DNA of 64,000 nt from Histomonas meleagridis 2922-C6/04-290x. Its lineage: Eukaryota > Protista > Parabasalia. Made by a program: the position numbers and the translations under genes. The stretch spans positions 1-64,000 of the forward strand of contig JAANOX010000179.1 in assembly GCA_020184695.1 (NCBI GenBank), read 5' to 3'. The notes beneath the pieces were generated by a model. The model had not been told where the DNA came from and did no database searches. It worked only from the letters and a program-made list of their open reading frames with translations. Below are positions 62,441-64,000 of the stretch, in pieces (position 1 is the first letter of the stretch; the number at the start of each line of letters is the position of its first letter).

Positions 62441-62945
62441 CTTTAATAAATATTACCAATTTTGTTTTCCTTTTTCGGGCTGAAACTCATTTTAAGGATG
62501 TACTCCAAACCCTCGACTTTTTGATGAGACGCATAAAAATTTTTTTTTGATTAACAGGGGAGGTTGAAACGATGAATTAAAAATACTGTCATCGGAAAAT
62601 TGAATGGTTTATTGGATCGGTTCCATTTCATCGTTATCCTGTCGGATCCGATTGTCATACTTTCTGTATCAATTCAATTTTTAGAACATTTCATTACAAC
62701 ACAAAATCGTTTTGAGGTTAAACGATCGATTTTAATCGTGCATTCTCTCAAAATTGAAGTATTCAATTATCGGATTTATACTGGCTCGAAAAATAATTAG
62801 CATTAAACTTCTGACCATTCTGAAGAACAGTGTGCATTTTATATGATTATGATCGTGTTAAACTTTTTTCTGAGATTTTATTATGTGCCAAAATATGGTT
62901 TAATTGAAATGTCGTTTTTGTCACCTACTTTCATTCAAAAGTGCT

Positions 62946-64000
62946 ATGGCTTTGGTCGACTATGTGTTGAATCTTTTATTTAAATTTAAATGGAAAGACC
63001 CGCGAGTGTACAAAGTTTATGTCAAAAAAGAAGATGGAAGATAATGGGCAAAATGTACAAATAAAAATGAATTTGGTTCAATATGTTGCTATGAAAATAG
63101 GTCCGATCGACTCAAAACAAAAATTAGTAACCAAGAACTACACAAATGCGGTTGGAAAGATCTATCTTTAGAATTTGCATGTTGTGATGAACTAAATGAC
63201 TTAATTATTACATCAATTAAATATGGAATATCAATCGCTAAAAAAGTTGATAATAATAATAATAATAATATGGGGTCTTTTTATCACAAATTAAACAGAG
63301 CAACAATTCGTGATGATATGATTAAATTTTCACATTCAATTCATCAATCTATGATGAACAAATTTGCAGCTTTCCCATATGTATCAATAAGTATTGATGA
63401 AGGAAGTTGCAACAAAACGAAGCAATTATTATTTAATATTGAAAATCCAAAAAGTAATTTAAAACCTTATCCTTTTTCATTTATTAACATGGAAGAATTC
63501 GATGCTATTCATTATGCATATTCAATTTATGAAGGGGGAACTAAGATAAATAAACATGATATCAATATTGGGTCATTATTAATTATCGACGGAAGTAGAG
63601 CCCAAATTAAGGCGCTGAATAAAGAATGGCCACGTTCGGTATATTACATGCCAAATAGTGACTAATTAAAAAAATTGATAATTGTTCCATGTTTATGCCA
63701 TAACATTAATAGTTCTTATAAAATGGCTATAAAAAAGAATCAAGATTTGTCAAATATAACCAAGAAATTACATAAAATATCTGATTTATGTCAATTTCAT
63801 ATTAATGAAATTGGTAAAAAATGTCCAACACATGTATCGACTCGTTGGATATATGATTATGATATTGTTGATTTTATTATTCATAACAAATTCACTATTT
63901 CAAGATTTCCAATAATACCTGATGAATTTAAAGATTTACATAGGATTTCACAAATTTTAGCAAGACTTACACTCACATTTGAGAATCCTAAAACAAAACT
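62946..64000 (+). mobile_element. hAT-family transposase pseudogene, running off the window end
   Basis: One frame from ATG 62946 contains WAKC...C...HKC (BED-like), SISIDEG, IIDGSRAQ, CLCH and STRW, with in-frame TAA at 63042 and 63663. Confidence 0.8.

Noticed and set aside
7193-63665. TAA reassigned to an amino acid (in-frame TAAs in NEK, mariner, hAT)
   Set aside because: Conserved genes (RPL27, CTF18, XPO1, SSRP1) end at TAA, and the affected loci also carry frameshifts or other decay.

Overview
AT-rich eukaryotic nuclear DNA with a parabasalid (Trichomonas/Tritrichomonas-like) signature: standard genetic code, almost intronless genes, BspA-like LRR surface proteins, DUF3447-ankyrin genes and many DDE transposons. 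The lineage is inferred from gene families, not from a database search. The core carries housekeeping genes (NASP-like, CTF18, SFT2, PABPN1-like, NTM1, GNL3, CRM1, RPL27, SSRP1, TFIIA-L) plus a U1 snRNA candidate. Decayed transposons sit at both ends (pogo-like, IS3/IS481-like integrase, P-like, hAT), and a mariner with intact TIRs lies at 46053-47349. The most striking signal is in two DUF3447-ankyrin loci (30116-33038 minus, 40617-41886 plus). Every ankyrin coding module there (90 nt, one of 102 nt) is separated from the next by an AT-rich spacer. Eleven of 13 spacers are exactly 80 nt (the others are 81 and 83) despite strong sequence divergence. The spacers break the reading frame, have no conserved GT/AG or branch point, and share an internal hairpin. 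Several cannot be crossed by a simple frameshift. This suggests an undescribed non-canonical splicing or recoding system; that interpretation is inference and needs RNA or peptide data. For contrast, a PLAC8 gene missed by the ORF track carries three canonical ultrashort (23-24 nt) GT-AG introns. Other points: probable pseudo-enzymes (HECT-like with Cys>Ser, cyclase lacking metal Asps, Ras-like lacking a P-loop), a formin whose FH1 is replaced by a very long 21-aa repeat coiled coil, and two BspA genes sharing a near-identical C-terminal cassette. Several frameshifts lie in homopolymers and may be assembly errors.
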